From: an uncultured delta proteobacterium
Lineage (GTDB): Bacteria; Myxococcota_A; Polyangia; Polyangiales; Polyangiaceae
Reading direction: 5' to 3'
DNA length: 64,000 nt
Assembly: GCA_963696385.1 (NCBI GenBank)
Contig: CAVOKF010000005.1
Coordinates: 384,001 to 448,000 of the forward strand
Position 1 is the first letter of the stretch. The number at the start of each line of letters is the position of its first letter. This document shows, one piece after another, positions 44,255 through 53,997 of the stretch. The notes below the pieces were generated by a model. It was not told the DNA's origin. It made no database searches and saw only the letters and a program-made list of their open reading frames with translations. The position numbers and the translations under genes are program-made.

Positions 44255-45597
44255 GCACGACCCAGGAATCCAACGCGGCTCGCTCCCGCGACTACCGCAT
44301 TCCCACGAAATCGCGGTGGACGGGGGCCTGGCGGATCGCTGCCGCCGTGGGCGCCACGGGTTTCGGCATCGCGGCGTACGGCTTCCATGCGGACCCGGAC
44401 CGGTTCCCGTTTGCGTACCTGTTCGGCTTCTTCGTCGCGCTGAGTATTGCTCTCGGCAGCCTGTTTTTCGTACTGGTCCTTTACATGACCAAGGCTTCCT
44501 GGGGTATCTCCGTCCGTCGCGTAGCGGAGCTCTTCATGCGTCCCATGGCGATCTTCGCGGTCCTCATCATTCCGCTCATCCTCACCCTGGGCCATCTCTT
44601 TCCGTGGGCTGGCGCGAAGCAGGTCGAGTCCGTCTCGAGTGCCGAGCTTTCCGACCCTCTCGCCGAGGCGCGCGGAATCGCCGAACGCGAGCCGTACGGC
44701 CTGCGGGACCTGCCCCTCCCGAATGCCGGTAGGCTGGTGCGGGCCGAGCAGCAGGCCGAGGCCCGCATCGTCGATCACAAGCGTGCCTATCTGGACCGCC
44801 GCTTTTTTCTCGGCCGATTGGTGGCCTATCTATTGATCTGGACGTGGCTCGCATACAAATACTTCAATTGGTCGACGGATCAGGACAAGACCAAGGCGCT
44901 CGCGAACACCGCCGCGGCGCAGCGATTCACCCCGCTGGGGCTCATCCTCTTCGGCTTCACCCTCACGTTCTTCGCCTTCGACTGGCTCCTGTCGCTCGAC
45001 GCAACCTGGTACTCCACCATCTTCGGCGTTCAGGTGTTCGCCCAGTGCGCACTCGTCCAAATGGCGGCGCTCATCGTGATGACGTTGCTCCTTCGACGGA
45101 GCGGATTGCTCGGGGACACCGTCAACGTCGAGCACTACCATGACATGGGCAAGCTGCTGTTCGGCTGGGTGGTCTTCTGGTCGTACGTGTCTTTCGCTCA
45201 GTTCTTTCTAACGTGGTATTCGAACATTCCCGACGAGGTCAGTTGGTTCCACAAGCGGTGGGACGACAACGGTGGCACGTGGATGTGGGTCAGCGTCGTC
45301 ATCGTCGTGCTTCACTTCTTTGTCCCCTTCTGGTTTCTCCTGTCCCGCAACACCAAGCGTCGTCTACCGCTTCTGGCGGCCGGCGCGACGTGCATGCTCC
45401 TCATGCACGTGGTGGAGGTGTACTGGATCATCATGCCCAACTTGGGAGCGCTCGACCCCAATCTGCTCGACTTGGGCTGCTTGCTGGGCGTCGTGGGCGT
45501 CTATCTCGCGGCGGTGCTCCGCGGAATGGAAGATTACGCGCTGGTGCCGGTCGGCGACCCGCGCCTCGTGCGGGCTCTGGAGTTCGAGAACGCTTAG
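44251..45597 (+). CDS. actF: Alternative complex III ActF
   Basis: Multi-TM; DWLLSLDATWYSTIFG, HDMGKLLF, WYSNIPDE. Confidence 0.9.
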   Translation: MSTTQESNAARSRDYRIPTKSRWTGAWRIAAAVGATGFGIAAYGFHADPDRFPFAYLFGFFVALSIALGSLFFVLVLYMTKASWGISVRRVAELFMRPMAIFAVLIIPLILTLGHLFPWAGAKQVESVSSAELSDPLAEARGIAEREPYGLRDLPLPNAGRLVRAEQQAEARIVDHKRAYLDRRFFLGRLVAYLLIWTWLAYKYFNWSTDQDKTKALANTAAAQRFTPLGLILFGFTLTFFAFDWLLSLDATWYSTIFGVQVFAQCALVQMAALIVMTLLLRRSGLLGDTVNVEHYHDMGKLLFGWVVFWSYVSFAQFFLTWYSNIPDEVSWFHKRWDDNGGTWMWVSVVIVVLHFFVPFWFLLSRNTKRRLPLLAAGATCMLLMHVVEVYWIIMPNLGALDPNLLDLGCLLGVVGVYLAAVLRGMEDYALVPVGDPRLVRALEFENA

Positions 45598-45660
45598 CGG
45601 CGGATGGGTTCGCGACCGTCCTTCGGCAAGAAGAGCGGTTGCACGGAGGACCAAGGCAAG

Positions 45661-46125
45661 ATGTCCACGGACAAGTCGGAGCCAAAAGTCGGACTGATTT
45701 TCAAAGTAGCCATTGGAGCGATCTTGACGCTCTTGGTGCTGCGGGTCGTGCTGGTCTCGTACTTCGACCGACTCGTTCAGGCGGAGGAGATCCGCAAAGT
45801 CGTCGGTGCGAAGCCCGAAGTGCTCATCGGCCAGCGCGCCGAAGAGGAGATTCGCCTCGGCCGTGGCCCTCTGCCCATCGCGCAGGCGATGCACCAGCTC
45901 GCGACCAAGGGTCGCCCCGCCGACTTCATGCCGGCCGCGTCAAAAGACGTTGCCCCCTTGCAAGGCTGGGTCCAGATGCCGCTCGAGGCCCCGCCGATGA
46001 TGACCGCCCATCCGGCGCCGGCCTCGTCCGCCGCGTCTAGGGACGGTGGCTCGCTCGCCCCCTCGACCGCCGGAGTGGGCGCCCCTAAGTTCGGGGACGC
46101 TGGATCTCCAAAGAAGAAGCCGTGA
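45661..46125 (+). CDS. Single-TM accessory subunit (ActG-like by position)
   Basis: One N-terminal TM, LPIAQAM motif, sits between actF and SCO. Confidence 0.6.
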   Translation: MSTDKSEPKVGLIFKVAIGAILTLLVLRVVLVSYFDRLVQAEEIRKVVGAKPEVLIGQRAEEEIRLGRGPLPIAQAMHQLATKGRPADFMPAASKDVAPLQGWVQMPLEAPPMMTAHPAPASSAASRDGGSLAPSTAGVGAPKFGDAGSPKKKP

Positions 46126-47141
46126 CTCCCCGCTGGGCCTGTCCGTTCGTCGCCGCCGTCCTGGCCGCCATCGTCGTCGCGCCGGTCCATGCGCGCGCGC
46201 AGAACTGGATCGAATCGAACCAGGTCGCGCCCAACACGACGCCTGCGGAGCTGACGGGCGTTGACATCGTCGAGCACCTAGGCGGTGCGCTGCCGGGCGA
46301 CGCGATATTTCGTGACGCGGATGGCAAGCCGACGACGCTCGGCGCCTACTTCGATTCCAAAAGGCCGACGTTGCTCGTGTTTGCTTACCACACGTGCCCC
46401 ATGCTCTGCAGCCTCGTCCTCGACGCTGCGGTCCGTTCCCTGAATGGCATTGCATGGACGGTGGGGCGCGAGTTCGACGTCGTCTCCATCAGCATCGATC
46501 CCAAGGACACTCCAGAGACGGCAACGCGCAAGCGCGCGCAGGTGGTCGGCTCGTACGGCAAGGCCAACGGGTCGGTGGCCGGATGGCACTTCCTCGTGGG
46601 CGACGAGGCGAATATCCGCAAGGTCACGAATGCCGTCGGCTTCCGGTACAACTACGACGCGCGGCAAAAACAGTACGCGCATCCCGCGGCGATTTTTCTG
46701 CTTTCGCCCGACGGGCGGGTCGCGCGCTACCTCTACGGCATCGAGTATTCGCCGAGCGATGTCCGTCTCGGCCTCCTGGAGGCGAGCGAGGGTCGATCCA
46801 TCTCGACGACCGAACGGATTCTTCTCTACTGCTACCACTACGATCCGCAGGGCAAGCATTACTCGCTGGTCGCGATGAACGTCATGCGCCTGGGTGGGGT
46901 CGTCACGTTGATCGCCATAGGGTCGTTCTTGATCGCGATGTGGGCGCGCGAGCGCAGCCGCCGCGCTCGACCCTCAACGGCGCCGGCCGCAGGCGATCCG
47001 CGGAAGGCCGTAGGCCCAGGCCCTGACCCGCGCGTTCTCCGCTCCGCCCTGGGCACCGAAGCGGCTCGCGCCGCCCCAGTTCGACAAACCGGGGGACTCG
47101 ACGGCCTCCCCCCGTCCACCTGGCCGAGGCAAGGATCATGA
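46122..47141 (+). CDS. SCO-family copper chaperone
   Basis: CPMLC, SIDP, YAHPA, RYLYG, C-terminal TM. Confidence 0.92.
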   Translation: MTPRWACPFVAAVLAAIVVAPVHARAQNWIESNQVAPNTTPAELTGVDIVEHLGGALPGDAIFRDADGKPTTLGAYFDSKRPTLLVFAYHTCPMLCSLVLDAAVRSLNGIAWTVGREFDVVSISIDPKDTPETATRKRAQVVGSYGKANGSVAGWHFLVGDEANIRKVTNAVGFRYNYDARQKQYAHPAAIFLLSPDGRVARYLYGIEYSPSDVRLGLLEASEGRSISTTERILLYCYHYDPQGKHYSLVAMNVMRLGGVVTLIAIGSFLIAMWARERSRRARPSTAPAAGDPRKAVGPGPDPRVLRSALGTEAARAAPVRQTGGLDGLPPSTWPRQGS

Positions 47142-48190
47142 ACGAGCAGAGCGCCCCCGCCACGTATCAACTCCCTCCACAGATGTCCACGGTCGCCGCA
47201 GAGGTCGACTGGCTCTACTACTTCATCTATTGGCTGAGCGTCGTCCTCTTCGTCGCCATCATCGGCGTGATGATTTACTGGGCGATCAAGTACCGTGAAC
47301 GCCCCGGGCACAAGGCCGAGCCCACCGGTCACAACCTGCCGCTCGAGTTGGCATGGACGGTCGCGCCCATCTTCGTTCTCGTATTTTTGTTCCACAAAGG
47401 GTTCCAAGGGTACCTGGATATGACCATTGCTCCGCCGAACGCGATCGAAATCCGCGTCAACGCGAAACAATGGAGTTGGGAGTTCGTCTACCCGAACGGC
47501 GGTAGCAGCGACAAGCTGCACGTCCCCCTCCACAAGCCCGTCAAGCTCGTGATGGCCTCGGCCGATGTCCTCCATTCGTTCTTCGTGCCGGCGCTCCGCA
47601 TCAAGCGCGACGTCGTGCCCGGGATGTACACGACCGCGTGGTTCGAGGCGACCCAGACCGGCAAGGACGACATCGCCTGTGCCGAGTATTGCGGGGGTCG
47701 AAGTGAAGGCCCCGCCGGCGCGCTCCCTTACGAGCCCACCAACGACCCGGACAATCCCTACGTCAGCGGTCAGATGACGGGACACTGGGCGATGCATTCG
47801 ATGCTGTACGTGGAGTCGCAAGAGGATTTCGACAAGTTCGTCAAAAGCATCGGGGACAAGTGCGATGCGTACCGGTCCGAAGGCAAATTCTGTCCAGGCG
47901 AGGTCGCAGCTGCCGAGGGGCAGAAGCTTTCCGTGTCGAAGGGGTGCGTGGCGTGCCATACGACAACGGGCGTGCGGCTGGTCGGTCCTTCGTGGAAGGA
48001 CATCTGGGGCAAAGACGAGTCAACCGACAAGGGAGACGTTCTCGTCGACGAAAACTACATCCGCGAGTCGATCCTGGCGCCGCAAGCGAAGATCGTGACG
48101 GGCTTTCCGGCCGTAATGCCGACGTTCAGCGGTCAAATCTCGGACCCCGAGATCGACGAGCTCATCGCGTACATCAAATCACTGAAGTAA
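47138..48190 (+). CDS. coxB: Cytochrome c oxidase subunit II with fused cytochrome c (caa3-type)
   Basis: Two TM helices, DVLHSF, CAEYC…HWAM (expanded loop), CVACH. Confidence 0.94.
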   Translation: MNEQSAPATYQLPPQMSTVAAEVDWLYYFIYWLSVVLFVAIIGVMIYWAIKYRERPGHKAEPTGHNLPLELAWTVAPIFVLVFLFHKGFQGYLDMTIAPPNAIEIRVNAKQWSWEFVYPNGGSSDKLHVPLHKPVKLVMASADVLHSFFVPALRIKRDVVPGMYTTAWFEATQTGKDDIACAEYCGGRSEGPAGALPYEPTNDPDNPYVSGQMTGHWAMHSMLYVESQEDFDKFVKSIGDKCDAYRSEGKFCPGEVAAAEGQKLSVSKGCVACHTTTGVRLVGPSWKDIWGKDESTDKGDVLVDENYIRESILAPQAKIVTGFPAVMPTFSGQISDPEIDELIAYIKSLK

Positions 48191-48232
48191 TATCACTTCG
48201 CGGGATCCAAGGCCCGAGCAGGAGCGAGCGGC

Positions 48233-49924
48233 ATGGCAGCAATCGACATTCCCGTGGCAGGCGGACACCCGGCGGACGCTCACGGCGACCCGCACGCGAA
48301 CTATTTGAAGGCCCGGCACGGGCTGGCGTCGTGGGCGCTGACGGTCGACCATAAGCGAATCGGCTTGATGTACCTGACGATGGTCTCCATCGCGTTCTTG
48401 GCGGGTGGAATCTTCGCGCTGCTCGTTCGACTCGAACTCTTCTCGCGCGGCAGGACGATCGTGGACGCGGAGACCTACAACCGCTTCTTCACCCTTCACG
48501 GCGCAATCATGGTCTTCTTGTTCATCATTCCGAGTGTGCCGGCCGCGCTCGGGAACTTCTTTCTTCCGATCATGCTCGGCGCGAAGGACGTCGCATTCCC
48601 CAAGCTTAACCTTCTAAGCTTCTATTTGTACCTGATCGGAGCCTCGATCGCTCTTCTGAGCATCGTGCTCGGTTCGGTCGATACGGGATGGACCTTTTAC
48701 ACGCCCTACAGCATCCAGACGGCGAATTCCGTCATCTCCATGACCCTCGGCGTCTTCGTGCTCGGGTTCTCGTCGATTCTCACCGGCCTCAACTTCCTCG
48801 TCACGGTGCACACGATGCGGGCGCCGGGCGTGACCTGGACGCGCATGCCGCTTTTCGTGTGGGGCATGTACGCGACCGCCCTCATTCAGGTTCTGGCGAC
48901 TCCGGTGCTGGCGATCACGCTGCTGTTGCTCTGCGCCGAGCGCTTTTTCGGAATCGGGATCTTCGACCCCAAGCTCGGGGGCGATCCGGTGCTGTTTCAG
49001 CATTTTTTCTGGTTTTACTCGCATCCGGCCGTCTACATCATGATCGTGCCTGGAATGGCCATCGTGAGCGAGCTGATCGCGACCTTCTCTCGTCGTGCCA
49101 TCTTCGGTAGCTTCGCTATCGCGATGAGTTCCGTCGCGCTGGCGATCTTGGGCTTCCTCGTGTGGGGGCACCACATGTTCGTGGCAGGTATGAGCGAGTT
49201 CGCCACCATGCTTTTTTCGGCGCTCACGTTCCTCGTCGCCATTCCGAGCGGGGTGAAGGTCTTCAATTGGACCGCGACGATGTACAAGGGCTCCATCGTC
49301 TGGGCATCTCCGATGCTTTACGCGATGGCGTTCATCTTCCTGTTCACCATTGGCGGACTGACGGGTCTGTTCCTCGGAACGCTCAGCGTGGACGTTCACC
49401 TGACCGATACCTATTTCGTCGTCGCCCACTTTCACTACGTGATGATGGGCGGCACCGTCATCGCCTTCCTCGGAGGCTTGCTCTACTGGTGGCCCAAAAT
49501 GACGGGAAAGATGCACGACGAGTTCAAGGCGAAGGTCGGCTTCGTATTCGTGTTCATCGGATTCAATCTCACGTTCATGTCGCAGTTCATCATGGGCTCG
49601 CGAGGCATGCCCAGGCGCTACTACGATTATCTCCCGCAATTCGAGCCGTTCCACCGCGCGTCCACGATCGGCTCGTGGATTCTCGCGGTCGGTCTTTTCA
49701 CGACCGCATACACGTTGCTCGAGGCGCTTTGGCGTGGAAAAAGAGCTCCTAGAAATCCGTGGGGTTCGGCGGGATACGAGTGGATGACGGATACCCCTCC
49801 CTGTGTCGCGAACTTTCACGATACGCCGATCATCACGCGCGGGCCGTACGACTATCACCTCGCCACGCCCGAAGAGTTGAACACGGGTTGGGACGAGGTC
49901 GAAGCCGAGACGAAGAAGGGCTAG
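48233..49924 (+). CDS. coxA: Cytochrome c oxidase subunit I, type A2
   Basis: DHKRIG, YSHPAVY (YS motif of A2), WGHHM, VVAHFHY. Confidence 0.97.
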   Translation: MAAIDIPVAGGHPADAHGDPHANYLKARHGLASWALTVDHKRIGLMYLTMVSIAFLAGGIFALLVRLELFSRGRTIVDAETYNRFFTLHGAIMVFLFIIPSVPAALGNFFLPIMLGAKDVAFPKLNLLSFYLYLIGASIALLSIVLGSVDTGWTFYTPYSIQTANSVISMTLGVFVLGFSSILTGLNFLVTVHTMRAPGVTWTRMPLFVWGMYATALIQVLATPVLAITLLLLCAERFFGIGIFDPKLGGDPVLFQHFFWFYSHPAVYIMIVPGMAIVSELIATFSRRAIFGSFAIAMSSVALAILGFLVWGHHMFVAGMSEFATMLFSALTFLVAIPSGVKVFNWTATMYKGSIVWASPMLYAMAFIFLFTIGGLTGLFLGTLSVDVHLTDTYFVVAHFHYVMMGGTVIAFLGGLLYWWPKMTGKMHDEFKAKVGFVFVFIGFNLTFMSQFIMGSRGMPRRYYDYLPQFEPFHRASTIGSWILAVGLFTTAYTLLEALWRGKRAPRNPWGSAGYEWMTDTPPCVANFHDTPIITRGPYDYHLATPEELNTGWDEVEAETKKG

Positions 49925-49930
49925 GAGCGC

Positions 49931-50749
49931 ATGGCGAATGTGAGCGAAGTGGTTGCGGGCGCGCCGGGCAGCAATGGCGATCACGCCCACCCCCACCCGG
50001 ATTTCCTGCAGCACCATTTCGACACGCCGGCGCAGCAGTTCGCTGCGTCCAAGCTCGGAATGTGGGTGTTCATCGCCACCGAGATCCTCATGTTCGGAGG
50101 TTTGTTCTGCGCGTATGCCATTTGGCGTGCGCTCGAACCGGACGTTTTCGACCAAGCGCACCACTTCCTGAACAAGATCTTGGGAGCCACGAACACCGTT
50201 GTTCTGCTCTTCAGCAGCTTGACCGCGGCGCTTGCGGTCCGCTCAGCGCAGCTTGGCAAGCGAACCCAGACGTCGATCTATCTCGTCGTCACCATCGCGT
50301 GCGCGTGCGTGTTCCTCGTCGTCAAATATTTCGAATACAGTCACAAGATTCACTTGGGGCTGTTGCCGGGACACTGCTTCGGGCACCCTGGCTTCAGCGG
50401 GGCGATTCAAAGCGGCGAGGAGACCGGGACGTGTCTGCGCATCCACGCCGACCAGCCCGGGGGCAGTCCCGAATGGGTACGGGCCGTTGACGAGGACGGG
50501 CACGTCCAGTTGTTGTCACCACGCGCGAACATGTTCTTCGCGCTTTACTTCGTCATGACCGGGTTGCACGGGCTGCACGTCCTCATCGGAATGACGGTGC
50601 TCGGCTGGGTGCTCGTGAAGAACATCCAGGGGAAGTTCTCGAAGGAGTACTTCACCCCAGTCGATCTTGGCGCCTTGTACTGGCACCTCGTCGACCTGGT
50701 GTGGATTTACCTTTTCCCACTCCTTTACCTCGTCGGAAAGCCGGAATGA
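49931..50749 (+). CDS. coxC: Cytochrome c oxidase subunit III
   Basis: GMWVFIATE..MFG, TGLHGLHV, YWHLVDLVW. Confidence 0.95.
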   Translation: MANVSEVVAGAPGSNGDHAHPHPDFLQHHFDTPAQQFAASKLGMWVFIATEILMFGGLFCAYAIWRALEPDVFDQAHHFLNKILGATNTVVLLFSSLTAALAVRSAQLGKRTQTSIYLVVTIACACVFLVVKYFEYSHKIHLGLLPGHCFGHPGFSGAIQSGEETGTCLRIHADQPGGSPEWVRAVDEDGHVQLLSPRANMFFALYFVMTGLHGLHVLIGMTVLGWVLVKNIQGKFSKEYFTPVDLGALYWHLVDLVWIYLFPLLYLVGKPE

Positions 50750-51237
50750 CCTCGATGGCCAGCGATCCTAGCCACGCGCACACCCCCGTCGACGACGGTG
50801 CCGTCCATGCGCACATCTCGAAGCCCCAATTGTACTGGGGTGTCTTCGGCCTGCTCGTCGTCTTGACGATCATCACCGTGAAGGTGTCCTATTACGATTT
50901 CGGCTCGCTCAACATCGTCGTCGCTCTGCTGATTGCGACGATGAAAGCGTCGCTCGTCGCCGCCTTCTTCATGCACCTGCGGCATGACAGTCTTTTCAAC
51001 ACGCTCGCGTTCCTTTCCGCGTTTCTCTTTCTCTCGCTGTTCATCCTGCTCACCTACGACGACCTCGGACGGAGAGGACAGATCGACAACGACTACGGCG
51101 GGACCATTCAACTGGACACGGGCCTCGCCGCGCCCGGAGGACTTCCCGCCACCAGTGCGACGGCCAATGAAGCTTCCGGTGAGGCAGCTCCTCGGAGCGC
51201 CGGCGGTAAGGGTGGCGGCGCAGAGAAGAAGGAGTGA
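50746..51237 (+). CDS. coxD: Cytochrome c oxidase subunit IV family protein
   Basis: Three TM helices, KASLVAAFFMHL. Confidence 0.88.
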   Translation: MTSMASDPSHAHTPVDDGAVHAHISKPQLYWGVFGLLVVLTIITVKVSYYDFGSLNIVVALLIATMKASLVAAFFMHLRHDSLFNTLAFLSAFLFLSLFILLTYDDLGRRGQIDNDYGGTIQLDTGLAAPGGLPATSATANEASGEAAPRSAGGKGGGAEKKE

Positions 51238-52157
51238 CGGCGGGGGCGACGGTCGACGATCGCCTTTTGCGTGCCGCGAGATGGGCGGGGTCCGCTTGTC
51301 GGTGGACGCCGCTTTTCGGCACGAGGCGACGCGGCGCTGCAGCCGCTCGATTGCTCGCGTTCGTGTTGGCCCTTGGCGCGTGCCGCCGCAAGCACGTGCC
51401 GGTCGACGTGGTGCCCGATCTCGGGTATCCGGCTTGCCTCGAGGGTGGCTTCGAGAGTGCCGGAGTTCTTGTCGGGCAGGGTCACATTCGATCGGGGCCC
51501 CTTTCCAACGACAAGAGCGTAAGCGAGCGGTTCGAGTTTCGGCGCACCCCGTGCGGCGCCACTTTCCGGACGCGGCAAGAGTGGCCGCTCGCCATCAGTG
51601 ACGTTGAAGTTCGCTACGACCGGCAGCTGCGTCCCATCTGGGCATGGAAGCGGATGACCATCGCGGGGTCGCGGCGCGCGGACGGAAACGCAGACATTCG
51701 GCGCTACGAGCTGCGCGAAGGCGGCGTGTTCATTACGCGGCGCGACGACCATGGGCAGGTCCGGTTCGAGAAGCTGCTTCCCGGTGGGCGGGTCGAGGTC
51801 CCGGCCGGGATGCACGTGGGCGCGGTGGTCGCCCCGGGTCGGGGCATGTTGACTCCGTGGTTGCAGCGCGCGAGGTTGGCCGTCGGCGCGACGCAGCGAG
51901 AGCTCGTGCTCGACTTCCGCGAGGCGGTCGAGACGCTCGAGATCGCTACGCTCGAGCGGAATGACGATCGGTTCGAAGCGTCGCTCGGCCGAAACGTCCG
52001 AGTGTACACGTTCTACGGGCGCGAAACCGTTTTCGCCGACGACGAGGACGTCGTCATCGGCGACCTCGCCGGGATGCGCCCGAGCGACTCTCTTTCGACC
52101 CCGGAGCCGGCGGCGCTCCCCACGTACGGGGGGTCGGACCCCGTGCACACGCCTTGA
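51234..52157 (+). CDS. Hypothetical lipoprotein
   Basis: GTGA overlap with coxD; LALGAC lipobox; beta-rich. True start may be downstream. Confidence 0.65.
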   Translation: MTAGATVDDRLLRAARWAGSACRWTPLFGTRRRGAAAARLLAFVLALGACRRKHVPVDVVPDLGYPACLEGGFESAGVLVGQGHIRSGPLSNDKSVSERFEFRRTPCGATFRTRQEWPLAISDVEVRYDRQLRPIWAWKRMTIAGSRRADGNADIRRYELREGGVFITRRDDHGQVRFEKLLPGGRVEVPAGMHVGAVVAPGRGMLTPWLQRARLAVGATQRELVLDFREAVETLEIATLERNDDRFEASLGRNVRVYTFYGRETVFADDEDVVIGDLAGMRPSDSLSTPEPAALPTYGGSDPVHTP

Positions 52158-52241
52158 AGAAGCGCCTCGAACTCCCCGTTTGGGCGCTCCGGCCGAAGCA
52201 GTCGAGCGGCGGAGCCGCAAAACGGGCTAGAGGTTAACGGC

Positions 52242-52613
52242 ATGGAGCCTCCGATCGATTCGGTCCCTCCGGGCCTGCCACTCGACATGAAGGTGACCCT
52301 CCTGGGGCTGGGTGTGGCCACCCTCACCGCGGCGGGTACGTTCTTCCAGAAGCTCAACGGTGTACGCCACGGAAACGCGTTCGTGAGCGTATGGCTCGTT
52401 TTGGCCACCGTGTGCTTTTTTCCAACCTTCATCATCACGAACCGGGTGTTTCTGATGGGCGGCAGGATGTCCTTGTTCGTGCCCGTGACGGCCACCACCT
52501 ACGTCCTGTCGATGTTCATCGGCCGCTTCGGCTTCGGTGAGCCCGTCTCGTGGGACAAATGGTTCGGGTGCCTGCTCATTCTGGCCGGCGTGATCGCGAT
52601 CGCCCGCAGCTGA
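52242..52613 (+). CDS. Small 4-TM DMT/EamA-like membrane protein
   Basis: Four hydrophobic helices and FGEPVSWDKWFGCLLILAGV signature. Confidence 0.75.
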   Translation: MEPPIDSVPPGLPLDMKVTLLGLGVATLTAAGTFFQKLNGVRHGNAFVSVWLVLATVCFFPTFIITNRVFLMGGRMSLFVPVTATTYVLSMFIGRFGFGEPVSWDKWFGCLLILAGVIAIARS

Positions 52614-52627
52614 CGGACCCACGATCC

Positions 52628-53980
52628 ATGCGCGAGTTCCAGTTCGACGGGCTCGTGGGTCCGACGCACAACTACGCCGGCCTGAGTCCAGGCAACGTGG
52701 CCAGCACAACGTACGAGGGGCAGCCGTCGAACCCGAAAGCCGCGGCGAAACAGGGGCTCGCAAAAATGCGTTTCGTGAGAGACCTGGGCGTCGCGCAGGC
52801 GGTCCTGCCGCCCCACGATCGTCCGAGCCTTGCGACGCTTCGACGGCTCGGCTTCCGCGGCAGCGACGAGGAGATGATTGCGGCGGCCTCGGCTGGAGAC
52901 GGCCTGTACTTGCGCCTCTGCTCCAGTGCCTCGGCCATGTGGGCGGCGAACGCGGCGACCGTCGCCCCATCCAGCGACGCGGCGGACGCGCGCGTCCACC
53001 TCACGCCGGCGAACCTGGCTCAGATGTTTCATCGCGCGATCGAGGCACCCACGTCGACTCGTGTGCTGCGCGCGATCTTCGCGGACGCGACTCACTTCGT
53101 CGTCCACGATCCGCTACCGGGCTGCAGCCAGTTCGCCGACGAGGGAGGGGCCAACCACATGCGACTCGACACCGGATGCGGTGCGGTGCACGTCCTCGCC
53201 TGGGGCCGTGCAGCGTGGGGACATGGGGTCGGTCCCCGACGCCATCCTGCCCGGCAGACGCGCGAAGCCAGTGGAGCGATCGTGCGGCTTCACGGTCTTG
53301 CCGCCGACCGGTGTCTGTTGCCGCAGCAGCATCCCGACGGGATCGATGCGGGGGCGTTCCACACGGATGTGTTGGCGGTCGGCAACGGACGCTTTCTCAT
53401 GTTTCACGAGCTCGCATTTGCGGAGGCCCGCTGGCTGAACGACGAGCTTCGCCGATTATTGGGTGACGATCTGGTCGTCGCCATCGCGACGAACACGGAG
53501 CTGCCGGTGAGTCGTGCCGTGGCGGCATACCCCTTCAACTCGCAGGTGCTCACGCTCGCCGACGGGTCCATGGCCGTCGTGGCGCCCGAGGACGCTCGAG
53601 AAGATGGCCCATCGGCGGCCTTTCTCCAGCGGGTCCTCGAAAGCGAAGGGCCGGTTCGCGCGTTGCATTACGTGGATGTGCGTGAGTCGATGCACAACGG
53701 TGGGGGCCCCGCTTGCCTGCGCTTGCGTGTGCCTCTGTCGCCCGAGGAGGCGCGGGCTCTGTCGGCCAACGTGCTCTTCGACGCGCCGCTCGATGCCGCG
53801 CTCCACTCATGGGTCGATCGCCACTACCGCGATCGACTGGTCCCCCCCGACCTTGCCGACCCCGCGCTGGCCCGAGAAAGCATGCGCGCGCTCGACGAGC
53901 TCACGCATCTCCTACGAATCGGCACGGTGTACGACTTTCAAACCGTGGCGGTAGGCGACGCCCTTCGGTCGGTATGCTAG
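52628..53980 (+). CDS. astB: N-succinylarginine dihydrolase
   Basis: FDGLVGPTHNYAGLSPGN, SASAMWAANAAT, DEGGANH, SMHNGGGPACLRLRV. Confidence 0.95.
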   Translation: MREFQFDGLVGPTHNYAGLSPGNVASTTYEGQPSNPKAAAKQGLAKMRFVRDLGVAQAVLPPHDRPSLATLRRLGFRGSDEEMIAAASAGDGLYLRLCSSASAMWAANAATVAPSSDAADARVHLTPANLAQMFHRAIEAPTSTRVLRAIFADATHFVVHDPLPGCSQFADEGGANHMRLDTGCGAVHVLAWGRAAWGHGVGPRRHPARQTREASGAIVRLHGLAADRCLLPQQHPDGIDAGAFHTDVLAVGNGRFLMFHELAFAEARWLNDELRRLLGDDLVVAIATNTELPVSRAVAAYPFNSQVLTLADGSMAVVAPEDAREDGPSAAFLQRVLESEGPVRALHYVDVRESMHNGGGPACLRLRVPLSPEEARALSANVLFDAPLDAALHSWVDRHYRDRLVPPDLADPALARESMRALDELTHLLRIGTVYDFQTVAVGDALRSVC

Positions 53981-53997
53981 AGCGACGCGGTTTCCCG

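Noticed and set aside
37743..51237. The ACIII + oxidase operon itself as a novel system
   Set aside because: This gene order is well described; only the insertions noted in the findings are unusual.
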